Source of the DNA: Obrimoposthia wandeli
Lineage: Eukaryota
DNA length: 64,000 bases
Assembly: GCA_977020255.1 (NCBI GenBank)
Contig: CDROCS010000121.1
Coordinates: 1-64,000, forward strand
Direction: 5' to 3'
The position numbers were made by a program, and so were the translations under genes. The notes below the pieces were generated by a model. It made no database searches. It was given only the letters and a program-made list of their open reading frames with translations, and was not told the DNA's origin. Positions 51,687-62,715 of the stretch are shown here, one piece after another (position 1 is the first letter of the stretch; each line of letters opens with the position of its first letter).

Positions 51687-52603
51687 TACGAGTAAGCAGG
51701 CTCTAAAAATGGAATTACTTGTTTTTTACGACTAAGACATCCTTTTAACCAAAATTGGTCATCTTCAACTTGTATATCCCATGCTTTTTCAACTACATCC
51801 ACAGATGAACTAGCAACAAGTATTTGTGATCCCATTGCCATAATATCAGTTAAAATTAAAAGTACAGTTTCATAACCATCTTCTTCTTTTAGTTTTTTTA
51901 TATCTGCAATTAAATCATCTTTCATAGTGTCAAATATAGATAAATCAACAACTTCTAATTGACCAATACCTACTTTTTTACCATGCATTTCAAAATTTTT
52001 AAAGTCTCTTTTTACAAGTTCTCTAAAAGGAATCCCTTCTACTTGTGATTTAACTTTAAACATCTCTAATCCAATAGCTTTAAAATCTTCTATTTGAGCT
52101 ATTTTAGCTAACTCTTTTGTGATTCTTGTATCTATTTTTGTACATGTAGGAGATTTAAATATTACAGTATCACTTAATATTGCACACATCATAGCACCTG
52201 CTATATCTTTAGGAATTTCTATTTCATAGTAATCAAACATCTCTTTCACGATTGTATTTGTACAGCCTACAGCTCTAATCCAACAATCCAATGGTGCAGA
52301 TGTCATTAGTCCACCTAATTTATGATGGTCAACAATACCAACAATATTTGCTTCTTTTAAATCATCAGGCGCTTCTGTATAATTATTATAATCTGTCATA
52401 AATAAATCACAGCCTGCAAATGATATTTTTAATTCAGGAGATTCAAGATTGAATTTTTCTAAGATAAATTGAGTCTCAGGATTTATATCACCCTGTCTAA
52501 CAGCCTTTGCTTCATTTCCAAGAGCATTTTGTAGATAAGCCATTGCTATAGCTGAGATGATACTATCACTGTCAGGTATTTTATGTCCACATGTATATAA
52601 CAT
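51686..52603 (-). CDS. ppaC: Mn-dependent family II inorganic pyrophosphatase
   Basis: GHKIPDSD, DHH, ILSDTVIFKSPT, SRKKQVIP. Confidence 0.95.
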   Translation of the reverse strand: MLYTCGHKIPDSDSIISAIAMAYLQNALGNEAKAVRQGDINPETQFILEKFNLESPELKISFAGCDLFMTDYNNYTEAPDDLKEANIVGIVDHHKLGGLMTSAPLDCWIRAVGCTNTIVKEMFDYYEIEIPKDIAGAMMCAILSDTVIFKSPTCTKIDTRITKELAKIAQIEDFKAIGLEMFKVKSQVEGIPFRELVKRDFKNFEMHGKKVGIGQLEVVDLSIFDTMKDDLIADIKKLKEEDGYETVLLILTDIMAMGSQILVASSSVDVVEKAWDIQVEDDQFWLKGCLSRKKQVIPFLEPAYS

Positions 52604-52738
52604 TCTTTAATTCCTATATATAATTTTTCATATTTTATAGTAGAAAAATTAAATATATGATTAAGTTAACTTATAATAATTATATTTGTCTTGAGAGTAT
52701 ACATTTGTACTCACTTTTTATTGAAATATAATTAATTA

Positions 52739-55700
52739 TTATTTTATATATTGTGTAAATATATTTTCTAATTCTTTTTTCTCTAATGGTTTCGATAAAT
52801 AATCATCCATACCTGTAGCTAAAAATCTTTCCTTATCACCAACAAGTGCATTTGCAGTTAATGCAATTATCGGAGTGTGTGTGCCAATTTTTTCTTCAAT
52901 TTCTCTGATTTGAAGTGTTGCTTCACTTCCACTCATAATTGGCATATTTTCATCCATTAAAATAAGATCAAATTTTTCTTTTTCATACAATTCTACTGCT
53001 TCTAAACCATTATTAGCAATTTTGTAACTTATCGACATCGAATCCATTAATGCTTCCATAAAAATTTGGTTAGTTGGATTATCTTCGACAATCATAATAT
53101 ATATGGCTTTTTCATCTGTATCATCAAAAATTTTGACTTCTTTTTTTTCTTGAATTATATTGGCAACATCATTTTTAATATTTATAGAGGAATCTTCTTT
53201 TACAGTAATATAAAAATAAAATCTTGCTCCATCTTTTTTATTTTTATCAATTTTTAACTTACCATCCATTAATTCGATTAGTTTTTTTGATATTGTAAGT
53301 CCTAACCCAGTTCCTCCGTATTCTCTAGTTGTTGTATTATCTTCTTGTGTAAATGGTTCAAAAATTAATTCTTGTTTATCTTGTGCAATTTCTACTCCAT
53401 CATTCTCTACAGATACAAATATTTTTTCTTCTGTTTTTTTATACTGAACATCTAGCTTTACTGTTCCCCCTTGACATGAGAACTTAAGTGCATTTGAAAG
53501 AATATTATTTAAAACTTGCGTAACTTTAACTAAATCCATATTCATAGGTTGTGATAATTTTTTTGTAATATTAATGTCAAATACCAAATTCTTCTTATTA
53601 TCATTTTCACTAAATTGTTTTGTAATATTTAAAAATTCTTCATATGGATTAACATTTATATAATCAAGTTCTATTTTATCCGATTCAATTTTACTAAAAT
53701 CTAAAATGTCATTAATAATTATTAATAAATTATCTCCTGATGTTTGTACTATATCAAGATATTTTAGTTTTTTAGGCTCTTTCTCTTCTTCTTTTAATAT
53801 TCCAATAAAACCAAGTATTGCATTCATAGGTGTTCTTATTTCATGACTCATTGAGGCTAAAAAATTACTTTTTGCTTGTGATGCAGAATTTGCTTCTTTT
53901 ACTTTTATATCTAATAATGTATTAGTTTCTCCCTGTCTTTCAATGAGATCTTTTATTTCACTTGCCATATCATTGAATGAATTTTCAAGTTCACCAATTT
54001 CATCTTTTGATGTTACTTTTATTTTATAGTTAAAATTATGTTTTAAATATTCTTTAGTTCCATCTAAAAGGTTTGAAATTTTACTTGTTACTAGATTTGA
54101 CATCCAAATTGCAATTGCAATGACAACGATAATCATAAGGAAAGTAACTGTCATTAGTTCATTTGTCAAATCATTAATATACTGCATAATACTAAACTTA
54201 TTGTCATCTAGTTCTTGTTTCATATTTTCAACTTGTGTATTGAGAATATCATTTACATTTTTCTTTGTTTTATTTGCAGCCAAATGAAATTCTTCAACAT
54301 TTGCTCCAATAGTAACAAATCCAAATCCTCTTTTACTATTTGCATATTGTCCTGAATAATAAGGAATAGAAGCTGCTGTAGTTAGTTTCCATACTCCACT
54401 CCAGAATATTACAAAAGAACCATATCCTCCATCTTCTGTAAGTTGCATCCATCCTTCACATTGAGGAGCAAAATTTAAATATCTACAATCAAGACCGATT
54501 TCACCTTGTTTTTTTAATTGAGTTATGTTCGGCTTTTTCTTTAGCGATTGATTTTCAAATGTAGGATAAGTATCTAAAAATTTATTCATGTTAGTTTGTT
54601 TACTTTGTTCGAATTTTTGAGCAATATCAGAACTTAACCATCCTGGAACTTGTTTCCCTGTATTTTTATCATATCCTACGATAAAATAATCTCTAGCATG
54701 TGATATATTTCGGCCTGCATAATCCCACATAAATGCATAATTACCAGAACTAGCATCTGCTATATCTTGCTTTGTATTTTGTGGTATTGGATCAAAGCTA
54801 TCAGTAAATTCCATTATGTGTCTGTGGTCGAGAGCAAATGAAACATAACCTACTTTTTTATTATTTTTATACATTGGTGTTGCAAATCTAACAATTCCTT
54901 CAAATCGTTTTCCTAAAGGATTCTCTTTTCCTGCATAAGCATTCTTTTCTGGAGCAAAATCAATGTTCATTTTTTTTGCTTTTTCTTTAGTAAATGTTCC
55001 TATTAGACCACTCTTTACATATTCTCCAATTACGTTAGAAACATAAATATCACCTTTTTTTAGTTTCTTTAATTCAGAAAAATAATTTTCTGCTTTACAA
55101 TATGTATCATTTTGATTTTTGATATTTATTTTCTTATTTGAAAGAGTAGATGTTTTATATATTTCATTTCCATCTAAATCAATATATTGAATCTCTTTAT
55201 ACAAAGGAATTTTTTTATATTTAATAGTTGGTGCTGTATTTATGTTAAATTCTTTTTCATTGTCTTTTAGGTTTGCTTGAATATTAGAAACTTTTTTTTC
55301 ATTAGAATAAAGTAGTTTCCATTTTTTACTTGTTTCATCATATATATATTGGTCATGTTCAGTAACAGATGCTGTTTTTATTTGTTGAAATTTTTTAAGT
55401 ATTTTGTCATTTAATGTTAATGTAGATAATACAAGTAAATCATTGTCTCTTTCATATAAAAATGATGCTACATCATTTGCTATTTCATAACTTAGTCTTT
55501 CCAATGTTCTTTGTGACTTTTTATCTAAAGCTTTTATACTATCTGATATTGCAGTTGTTGCTGTTTCTGAAATGATATTTTTACTTTTTTCAAAAGTGGT
55601 TTTTGTTGTTTCTTCAAAGTAGTTATTTAAATTTTTTGCACCTTCAATAGCTATGTATGATAGTAATATTAGTGGAATAACTTTGATGAGGATAAAGAGT

Positions 55701-55744
55701 AAAATTAGTTTATATTTGATTTTTAGATTTTTCATGAACAGCAT
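52739..55744 (-). CDS. Membrane hybrid histidine kinase (large periplasmic sensor-HAMP-HisKA-HATPase-REC)
   Basis: Two TM helices, DEIGELENSFN, SHEIRTPMNAI, GGTGLGL, LMDENMP. Confidence 0.92.
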   Translation of the reverse strand: MLFMKNLKIKYKLILLFILIKVIPLILLSYIAIEGAKNLNNYFEETTKTTFEKSKNIISETATTAISDSIKALDKKSQRTLERLSYEIANDVASFLYERDNDLLVLSTLTLNDKILKKFQQIKTASVTEHDQYIYDETSKKWKLLYSNEKKVSNIQANLKDNEKEFNINTAPTIKYKKIPLYKEIQYIDLDGNEIYKTSTLSNKKINIKNQNDTYCKAENYFSELKKLKKGDIYVSNVIGEYVKSGLIGTFTKEKAKKMNIDFAPEKNAYAGKENPLGKRFEGIVRFATPMYKNNKKVGYVSFALDHRHIMEFTDSFDPIPQNTKQDIADASSGNYAFMWDYAGRNISHARDYFIVGYDKNTGKQVPGWLSSDIAQKFEQSKQTNMNKFLDTYPTFENQSLKKKPNITQLKKQGEIGLDCRYLNFAPQCEGWMQLTEDGGYGSFVIFWSGVWKLTTAASIPYYSGQYANSKRGFGFVTIGANVEEFHLAANKTKKNVNDILNTQVENMKQELDDNKFSIMQYINDLTNELMTVTFLMIIVVIAIAIWMSNLVTSKISNLLDGTKEYLKHNFNYKIKVTSKDEIGELENSFNDMASEIKDLIERQGETNTLLDIKVKEANSASQAKSNFLASMSHEIRTPMNAILGFIGILKEEEKEPKKLKYLDIVQTSGDNLLIIINDILDFSKIESDKIELDYINVNPYEEFLNITKQFSENDNKKNLVFDINITKKLSQPMNMDLVKVTQVLNNILSNALKFSCQGGTVKLDVQYKKTEEKIFVSVENDGVEIAQDKQELIFEPFTQEDNTTTREYGGTGLGLTISKKLIELMDGKLKIDKNKKDGARFYFYITVKEDSSINIKNDVANIIQEKKEVKIFDDTDEKAIYIMIVEDNPTNQIFMEALMDSMSISYKIANNGLEAVELYEKEKFDLILMDENMPIMSGSEATLQIREIEEKIGTHTPIIALTANALVGDKERFLATGMDDYLSKPLEKKELENIFTQYIK

Positions 55745-55804
55745 AACCTTTGTAGTATAATTAATTAAATTATATCAAAACAAAGGTTATGTATGGTTTT
55801 TGGT

Positions 55805-57559
55805 TTAGCTTGAAAAGCCACTTTTACTACGAATCTCTTTTTTTACTACAATCTCTTTTTGTTTTTCTTTTCTTTTGATGTCTTTTTCAACAAATATCTT
55901 TTTTCTTGTAACTGGATCCATTTCGGTATAATACATAACTGCAGAATAAGTTCCAGGCGTTGGGATGAATACTTGAGCTTGTTCTGGATTCATTTTTAAC
56001 TCTTCTGTAGTGAAACGTTTCAGTTCATGCATATCTTTTTCTTCACAACCTGGATGTGCTGCAATTAAATAATATGTTAAAAACTGTTTTTTCCCCATAT
56101 CTTTATTGAGTTTGTCATACAGTTTTTTGAAATCAATAAGTGTTTGTTTCCCTGGTTTTCCCATTAGGTCAAGAATATGTTGTTCTGTATGCTCAGGAGC
56201 CACTTTCATTTGCCCAGAAATATGGTCTTTTACCATTGATTTAAGATAGTTATAGCCATGCTTTTTATCTTCTGTTATGAGGTCATATCGTACACCAGAA
56301 GCTACAAAAGCTTTTCTAATACCTGGTATTTCACGAACCCTTTTATTCATTTCAATAATTCTTCCATGATCTACTTTCATAGATTTACAAAGGTGTCTTG
56401 AATCGACACATCTTTGATGATCACAAGTTCCTAGTTTTAATTTTTTATTACATTCATAACCATACATATTTGCAGTAGGCCCACCTAAATCTGAAATGAT
56501 TCCTTTAAAGTCTTTATATTCTTTAAAATCTTTTGCTTCTTTTACAATTGAGTTTTCACTTCTTGTTCGTATCGTTCTTCCTTGATGTACTCCAATAGCA
56601 CAAAAGTTACACTCGCCCCAACAACCTTGATGTGTCATAATAGAAAATTTAATAGTCTCCAGACATTTTACTTTTCCATCTGGTCTATGGTATGGGTGTA
56701 ACTCTCTTGTAAATGGTAAAGAAGAAATTTCATCCATTTCTGGTTCATTAAGATAATCACATGGTGGATTTTGTATATTATATCTAGTATCTACTTTTTG
56801 TGATAATCCACGTGCAGCTATTGGGTCATTGTTATCATAAAAGAAGTCAAAAAGATCGATATATTTTTCTTTATCTTTTATACATTCATCAAATGTAGGA
56901 AGTTGATGATACTCTTCTTTTGTTTCTTTCGCAATATAACAAATACCTCGAATATCACGATAATCTTCACCTTTATCTATAGCTTCTGTTAGTTCACGTA
57001 AAGCAATTTCTCCCATTCCATATACAAGGACATCTGCTTTACTATCAAATAAAATTGGTTTTTTTAATTTATTTTGCCAATAATCATAGTGAGTAACTCT
57101 TCTTAAACTAGCTTCAATTCCACCTAAAACAATAGGTACAGTATCTTTAAAAAATCTTCTAATAAGATTTGTATACACTAAAACAGCACGATCTGGACGT
57201 TTATTATTTACTCCACCTGGAGTATAATCATCAGAGTTTCTGAATTTCCTAGTCGCTGTATAGTTTGAAACCATACTATCAATACTTCCACCACTTACTC
57301 CCCAGTATAGTCGTGGTTCACCTAGTCTTTTTATATCAACATCACCATTAATATCAGGTTGTCCAATCATTCCAACTTTGTACCCAAGTTTTTCTAAGAT
57401 TCTACCCACAACTGCAACACCAATAAAAGGACTATCAATGTATGCATCGCCACTTACTAAAATAATATCACATTGTTTCCATCCCAGATTATCCATCTCT
57501 TCTTTTGTAGTGGGTAAAAAGGCATCGCTTTCGAATTGGTGTAGGTCATTTTTTTTCAT
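55805..57559 (-). CDS. ygiQ: YgiQ (UPF0313) radical SAM protein
   Basis: FLPTTKEEM, SGDAYIDSP, CWGECNFC, GGPTANMYG, PEQAQVFIP. Confidence 0.92.
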   Translation of the reverse strand: MKKNDLHQFESDAFLPTTKEEMDNLGWKQCDIILVSGDAYIDSPFIGVAVVGRILEKLGYKVGMIGQPDINGDVDIKRLGEPRLYWGVSGGSIDSMVSNYTATRKFRNSDDYTPGGVNNKRPDRAVLVYTNLIRRFFKDTVPIVLGGIEASLRRVTHYDYWQNKLKKPILFDSKADVLVYGMGEIALRELTEAIDKGEDYRDIRGICYIAKETKEEYHQLPTFDECIKDKEKYIDLFDFFYDNNDPIAARGLSQKVDTRYNIQNPPCDYLNEPEMDEISSLPFTRELHPYHRPDGKVKCLETIKFSIMTHQGCWGECNFCAIGVHQGRTIRTRSENSIVKEAKDFKEYKDFKGIISDLGGPTANMYGYECNKKLKLGTCDHQRCVDSRHLCKSMKVDHGRIIEMNKRVREIPGIRKAFVASGVRYDLITEDKKHGYNYLKSMVKDHISGQMKVAPEHTEQHILDLMGKPGKQTLIDFKKLYDKLNKDMGKKQFLTYYLIAAHPGCEEKDMHELKRFTTEELKMNPEQAQVFIPTPGTYSAVMYYTEMDPVTRKKIFVEKDIKRKEKQKEIVVKKEIRSKSGFSS

Positions 57560-57653
57560 TAGGTGTCTTTATATACTTATTTTATCCGCATTATAACTAA
57601 ATTGTAAGTGTAATAAACTTAATATTAAACGTATATTTAAATGAATAATTATA

Positions 57654-60563
57654 TTAATTTAATGGTTCTATACTAGAAGGTTCTCCTGTAAAATATCCTT
57701 GTGAATAATCGATTTTCATCTCTTTTACTTTTTTTAACACAGCCTCACTATGTACATATTCTGCAATAGTTTTACGGTTCAGTTTTTTTGCGAAGTCAAC
57801 AATAAGACCAACAACTAATTGTGCGCTTTTGTCATGATCAATATGTTTTATTAATGATCCGTCAATTTTAATGTATTCAGCATCAAGTTTCATAAGGTAC
57901 TCAAAGTTTGAATATCCTGTACCAAAATCATCAATAGAGATACTACATCCATAAAGTTTCATCTCTTCTATAAAGTTTGTTACATCTGTAAAGTTTTCAA
58001 TACCTTCTGATTCAACAATTTCTATAACTAATTTATGTGCAATATTGTATCTTTTCATTTCTTCTCTTAAATAAGATAATAAATCTTTATTCATAATATC
58101 ATCAATAGTAAGATTTATCGAAAATGAAGCATTTTTATCAGAAAAATATTTAAATGATTTTTCAATCATAATTTTTGTTAATGCAGTATAAAGTCTTGCA
58201 CTTTTTGCAATTTCTAAAAAATAAAATGGAGATATGATACTTCCATCATCGTCAACCATTCTCATTAGACATTCATATTTCTCTTCTTTTGATCCATTTA
58301 ATGAGATAATTGGTTGTGTAAATACAACAATTTTATTATTGTGAATTGCATTTTTAATTTTTGTTACCCATTTTCTGTTTTGTTCAAAGTTATTTTGTAT
58401 GTCAGAACTTACATCATAGCAAATGATATCTTGGTTTGTTTCGCAGGCATTATGTAACGCACGTTCAGCATTAGTATAAATATTTGTTTTATTTTTAGCA
58501 ATTCCCATTGTTATATTTACATCAAAATTATCATTATCTAGTTGACAACTATATTGAATGAAATATTTATTCACTTTGTGACAAATATTTAAAAAGTCAT
58601 TAAATGGTATTTCTTTAATATGTAAAAGAGCAAATTTATTTGTTGCAATTCTGTATAAAACAGAATCAGTTTTTTCAATGATATTTTGAATAGACTTTGA
58701 CACTTCTATTATAAGGTGTTCACCATATTTGATTCCATAAAAATCATTTATAGAATGTATCCCTTCTATTTGTATGATTGCAAGTTTTAAATTTTCGTTG
58801 TTATCTTCTATTACTTCCATAAGTTTGATTCTATTTGGTAGCCCCGTTGGGATATCCGTAGTTTGTTTGAGTAATAGTTTTTCTTTGTTAATTAGTTCTG
58901 TAACATCAGATCGAATTGACATAAATTCCGTAATATTATCATCTTTATCGAGCATTGGAACAATTGTACTATTTACATAATATACTGATCCATCTTTCTT
59001 TTGATTTTTGATTATACCTTTCCATATTTTTTTACTCTTAATTGTTTTCCATAAATCTTTAAATAAAGAGGAGGGTGTATCGGCATGTCTAATAATATTA
59101 TGAGAATGTCCAATTAATTCATTTCCTTCATAGCCTGATATATGGCAAAATTCATCATTTACATAAGTGATTTTTCCTTGAATATTTGTTTTTGAAACAA
59201 TACTGCTTGCATCTACTGCTTTTTTGTATTCATTTAATAATAATTGGCTTACCAAGACTTTTTGATCAAGTTGTAAAATATCATCACCGAGTATTATATT
59301 ATTCAATTGGAGTGGTTTTATAATATAGGTATAGATAATAAATATAAATCCAAAAATAAGAAACCCTATAACCCCTATTGTAAGAATAAATAACATAATT
59401 GTATTAGTCTTTTGTAAATTAATGATTTCCTCTTTATCTATCTCTGCTAAGATAACCCATTTATGTTCAAAAATATTAATAGGTAAGTATGCACTTAATA
59501 CATCGATTCCTCGATAATCTTTAATTGTTTTTATTCCACTATTTCCTTTTAATGCATCCTTGATAGATTCAGTATCTACTTTTACAATACCTATCGTAGT
59601 TTGTGATTTTTGGACTTCTGGTATAGTTGATGTTGAAATAAATCTACTATCACTTCTCATAAGTTTATTTTCACCGACTAAATAAACCTCTCCAGATTCT
59701 CCCAATCCAAATTCAATTCTTTTATTATTGAAATTCATTATTTCATTGATTTTTGATACAGGAACTTGTATGATAAAAGCACCAATAATTAATTTATTTT
59801 TATAAATCGGATATGATAAAAATGCTGCTGCTTTATTATTACTTGGCATATAAGAATCAAAATCTTGAAAAACAACTTGAGGTTTTGCTAAATTCATGAC
59901 CTTATGATAGGATTTTGCAAGATTACTTGATGCATACACTCCATTGTTGAGATTTGTACCAAAATCAAATTCTTTATCAACACTGTATACAACAGTACCT
60001 TTTTGATCTATGATAAATATATCATAAAATCCATAACCTTTTTGTTCTCTTAAAAATAGTGGGTGATATTTTTTGTGTACTTTATTATATGAAATTGGAT
60101 GGTCCATAGAAAATAACAATTTTTCTTTGTGTCCTATATCAAACGGATTTTCAGATATATATGCGTATTGTGCGATGACTCCCGATGATGTTTTTGGAAG
60201 ATAGTATTCAGAATTCTTTTGTTGTTTTTCTTCCCGTTGATTCATGAATTTTTTCTCATAATAATTTTCGAGTGATTTTTTTTCTTTATTGCTTAGTTTT
60301 ATTTCAGTTTCTATTTTATAAAAAACATCTTCAAATTCTTCTAATGCTTTAAGTACAGTATTGCTACTACCTATTGTAATAACTGCATTTTCCAAAGTTT
60401 TGAAATAGCTCAATAGATGAGAGGAAGAACTGTGTACTGTAGCTAAAAGTTTTCTTTGTTCGGATTCCATCAGTGATTGTTTAAAAATAGTATTTATGTA
60501 GTAACTTGTAAATAAACTTATTGCTAATCCCATAAATGATACAAGAATGATTTTATTTTTCAT
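57654..60563 (-). CDS. Cache-PAS-degenerate GGDEF-EAL phosphodiesterase
   Basis: TM-flanked sensor, PAS, GGDEF position reads IATNKF, EAL domain with ECLMRM and IDDFGTGYSNF. Confidence 0.9.
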   Translation of the reverse strand: MKNKIILVSFMGLAISLFTSYYINTIFKQSLMESEQRKLLATVHSSSSHLLSYFKTLENAVITIGSSNTVLKALEEFEDVFYKIETEIKLSNKEKKSLENYYEKKFMNQREEKQQKNSEYYLPKTSSGVIAQYAYISENPFDIGHKEKLLFSMDHPISYNKVHKKYHPLFLREQKGYGFYDIFIIDQKGTVVYSVDKEFDFGTNLNNGVYASSNLAKSYHKVMNLAKPQVVFQDFDSYMPSNNKAAAFLSYPIYKNKLIIGAFIIQVPVSKINEIMNFNNKRIEFGLGESGEVYLVGENKLMRSDSRFISTSTIPEVQKSQTTIGIVKVDTESIKDALKGNSGIKTIKDYRGIDVLSAYLPINIFEHKWVILAEIDKEEIINLQKTNTIMLFILTIGVIGFLIFGFIFIIYTYIIKPLQLNNIILGDDILQLDQKVLVSQLLLNEYKKAVDASSIVSKTNIQGKITYVNDEFCHISGYEGNELIGHSHNIIRHADTPSSLFKDLWKTIKSKKIWKGIIKNQKKDGSVYYVNSTIVPMLDKDDNITEFMSIRSDVTELINKEKLLLKQTTDIPTGLPNRIKLMEVIEDNNENLKLAIIQIEGIHSINDFYGIKYGEHLIIEVSKSIQNIIEKTDSVLYRIATNKFALLHIKEIPFNDFLNICHKVNKYFIQYSCQLDNDNFDVNITMGIAKNKTNIYTNAERALHNACETNQDIICYDVSSDIQNNFEQNRKWVTKIKNAIHNNKIVVFTQPIISLNGSKEEKYECLMRMVDDDGSIISPFYFLEIAKSARLYTALTKIMIEKSFKYFSDKNASFSINLTIDDIMNKDLLSYLREEMKRYNIAHKLVIEIVESEGIENFTDVTNFIEEMKLYGCSISIDDFGTGYSNFEYLMKLDAEYIKIDGSLIKHIDHDKSAQLVVGLIVDFAKKLNRKTIAEYVHSEAVLKKVKEMKIDYSQGYFTGEPSSIEPLN

Positions 60564-60889
60564 GTATTGATCCTTTAAATAATATATTTAAGTATACCAA
60601 AATATTATCACATTAATTGTCACAAAATTCGGTATATAAATAATATTATTTCTATTAGATTACAAAGTGAAGTTATCCTATTTTTTGAGTTAAATTGTCA
60701 TCAATTTTTTTTATATCCAATATCATTGCTACTTTTGTATATGTTGGATAGAACTCTTTTTTACACTGATACCTTTGTAGTTTACTAATTTATTTCCCAT
60801 TCTATTCTCCCTAATACTTGAAGAATATATTAAATATATAGTTTAGTGATTATAAAGTAATTGTAATTTTAAGAAAATCAAATATGTTT

Positions 60890-61183
60890 TTATTTTCGAC
60901 TTGAAATACTTAAAGAATCTTTTGTAAAAGGAACAGAAAAAGGATGTTGGTCTCCAAATTCTTCTAGTGTACATCTGAATTTAAAATTATCAACATATGC
61001 TTGGATAAGTTTATATGCTTTTGTTATCTCTTGAAATTTTTCTGTATCACCATCTTCCATATCAGGGTGGAACTTTTTGGATAAATATAAATAACGTTCT
61101 TTGATTTCACTACGATTTTCAAGTCCTATTAAACCTAAAGTATTAACAGCATTTTCAAAGTCAACATATTTTATTTTTAACAT
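60890..61183 (-). CDS. Small J-domain protein
   Basis: LSKKFHPD motif, FQEITKAY. Confidence 0.85.
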   Translation of the reverse strand: MLKIKYVDFENAVNTLGLIGLENRSEIKERYLYLSKKFHPDMEDGDTEKFQEITKAYKLIQAYVDNFKFRCTLEEFGDQHPFSVPFTKDSLSISSRK

Positions 61184-61882
61184 TTACGATTGCATCCACG
61201 ATTTAATCTCTTCACTTAAAAGTTTTGGCATCTCTAAAGGTATCATATGACTTGTACCAACTCTAGAAACTTTAGTAATATGTTTATGTTCTTTTGTAAA
61301 GTTGTCTAAAGATTTATAATTTAATAATCTATCATTTGTACTATAAAAAAGTTTTATTGGTAAATCTAGTTTTATTAAATCTTGCTCTAATGGAATTCTA
61401 TTATTTATAGTTTTTATTTGAGATATATAAACTTCTTCCCCTAAATCAACATACATGTTTTTGATAAGATTAATCAGATTTGCATCATTATGATTTGGAT
61501 CTTCTAAAAGTGATGCAACTTTTTTAGAGCTAATACCTTTAAATCCAAAACTCTTCATAAGTTCCAGCATAGTATTTCTTTTTTCTATCTCTTCTTTTGT
61601 CATAACACTAGGTGTTCCTGCATTTAAAAAAAGTCTTTTTACTCGATGCGGATTTTTCACTGCATAGTATGAGGAAATATAGGCACCAAATGAAAAACCA
61701 AAAAGATTAACTTTTTCTTCTTTAAACTCTTTGTCTAAAATTTCAATGATCTCATCGAAGTTACTGGTAAGTGGAATAGAAAGAGGCACTAATATATAGT
61801 TTTCCTCTAAATATGGTGTTAATCTTTCCCATAATCTATCATCACACATTAAACCTGGAATTAGGTATATTTTTTCTTTCAT
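61184..61882 (-). CDS. Alpha/beta hydrolase
   Basis: LIPGLMCD, GFSFG nucleophile elbow, C-terminal HMIPLE. Confidence 0.85.
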   Translation of the reverse strand: MKEKIYLIPGLMCDDRLWERLTPYLEENYILVPLSIPLTSNFDEIIEILDKEFKEEKVNLFGFSFGAYISSYYAVKNPHRVKRLFLNAGTPSVMTKEEIEKRNTMLELMKSFGFKGISSKKVASLLEDPNHNDANLINLIKNMYVDLGEEVYISQIKTINNRIPLEQDLIKLDLPIKLFYSTNDRLLNYKSLDNFTKEHKHITKVSRVGTSHMIPLEMPKLLSEEIKSWMQS

Positions 61883-61897
61883 TTTAGTCCTAGTGTC

Positions 61898-62638
61898 TTA
61901 CTTGATATCTATTTTGTATTTATTGGTCAAATTACTTAATGTGGAAGCTATATCTTGAAGTTTTTCACTATCTAGTCTAGCTCCAAGTCCAGATACTCCA
62001 ATAGCACCTATAAATTTGCCTTGTTTTGAAAAGTATGGAACAGCAACTGCTCTTAAACCGTATTCAAATTCTTCATCATCTATTGCATATCCTAGTTCTT
62101 TAATCGTATGCATATTCAGTTGTAATCTTTTTGGATTTGTAATTGTCGCGTGAGTAAATTCAGATAGTTCTAATTTCGTCGTATCTATATCTTTTGTAAA
62201 AGCTAAAATAACTTTTCCCATAGCTGTTGCATGTAGTGGAGAATGTAATCCAATACTATCTCTATTTTTTAATATTCGTTCTGAATTATCTATTTGATTT
62301 AGATTTAAAAGCATATTATCATCGTAGATTCCAATATAACTACACTCATCTGTTTGAGTAAAAACCTCATTTAACAAGGAGGCTGTTTGTTTAACAATCA
62401 TATCTTCTCTTCGTTTTTTTGATAGTGTTCCCATTACATCAGAATATATTATCTCTTTGGTATTCTCAACATATTTTACAAAACCTTCGTTCAATAATGT
62501 AGTGATTAAACGAGACATAGTACTTTTATCAATATCAAATTTTAGACATAACTCATTTGCACTCATCGATCTTTCGTTATTCATGATTTCTTTTAATACT
62601 TGAAGACCTCTTGTTAAAGATTTGTTCTGACTTACCAC
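61898..62638 (-). CDS. IclR-family transcriptional regulator
   Basis: SLTRGLQVL HTH, PLHATAMGKVILA, GYAIDDEEFEYGLRAVAVP. Confidence 0.93.
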   Translation of the reverse strand: MVSQNKSLTRGLQVLKEIMNNERSMSANELCLKFDIDKSTMSRLITTLLNEGFVKYVENTKEIIYSDVMGTLSKKRREDMIVKQTASLLNEVFTQTDECSYIGIYDDNMLLNLNQIDNSERILKNRDSIGLHSPLHATAMGKVILAFTKDIDTTKLELSEFTHATITNPKRLQLNMHTIKELGYAIDDEEFEYGLRAVAVPYFSKQGKFIGAIGVSGLGARLDSEKLQDIASTLSNLTNKYKIDIK

Positions 62639-62696
62639 ACATTCCTCCCAAAAAATAAAATTCTTTTTTCACTATCTGCAACTTTTATCTCAAAAC

Positions 62697-62715
62697 TGTT
62701 TCACATTATGAAACA
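62697..62715. promoter_or_regulatory. Perfect palindrome, probable IclR operator
   Basis: TGTTTCA-CATTA-TGAAACA in the divergent intergenic region. Confidence 0.6.

Noticed and set aside
8401-58980. Opposite-strand or off-frame ORFs nested in long genes (e.g. 8401-8646, 17568-17906, 24097-24426, 27233-27487, 45047-45373, 45159-45506)
   Set aside because: Shadow ORFs over well-supported genes or rnpB, with no RBS or motifs
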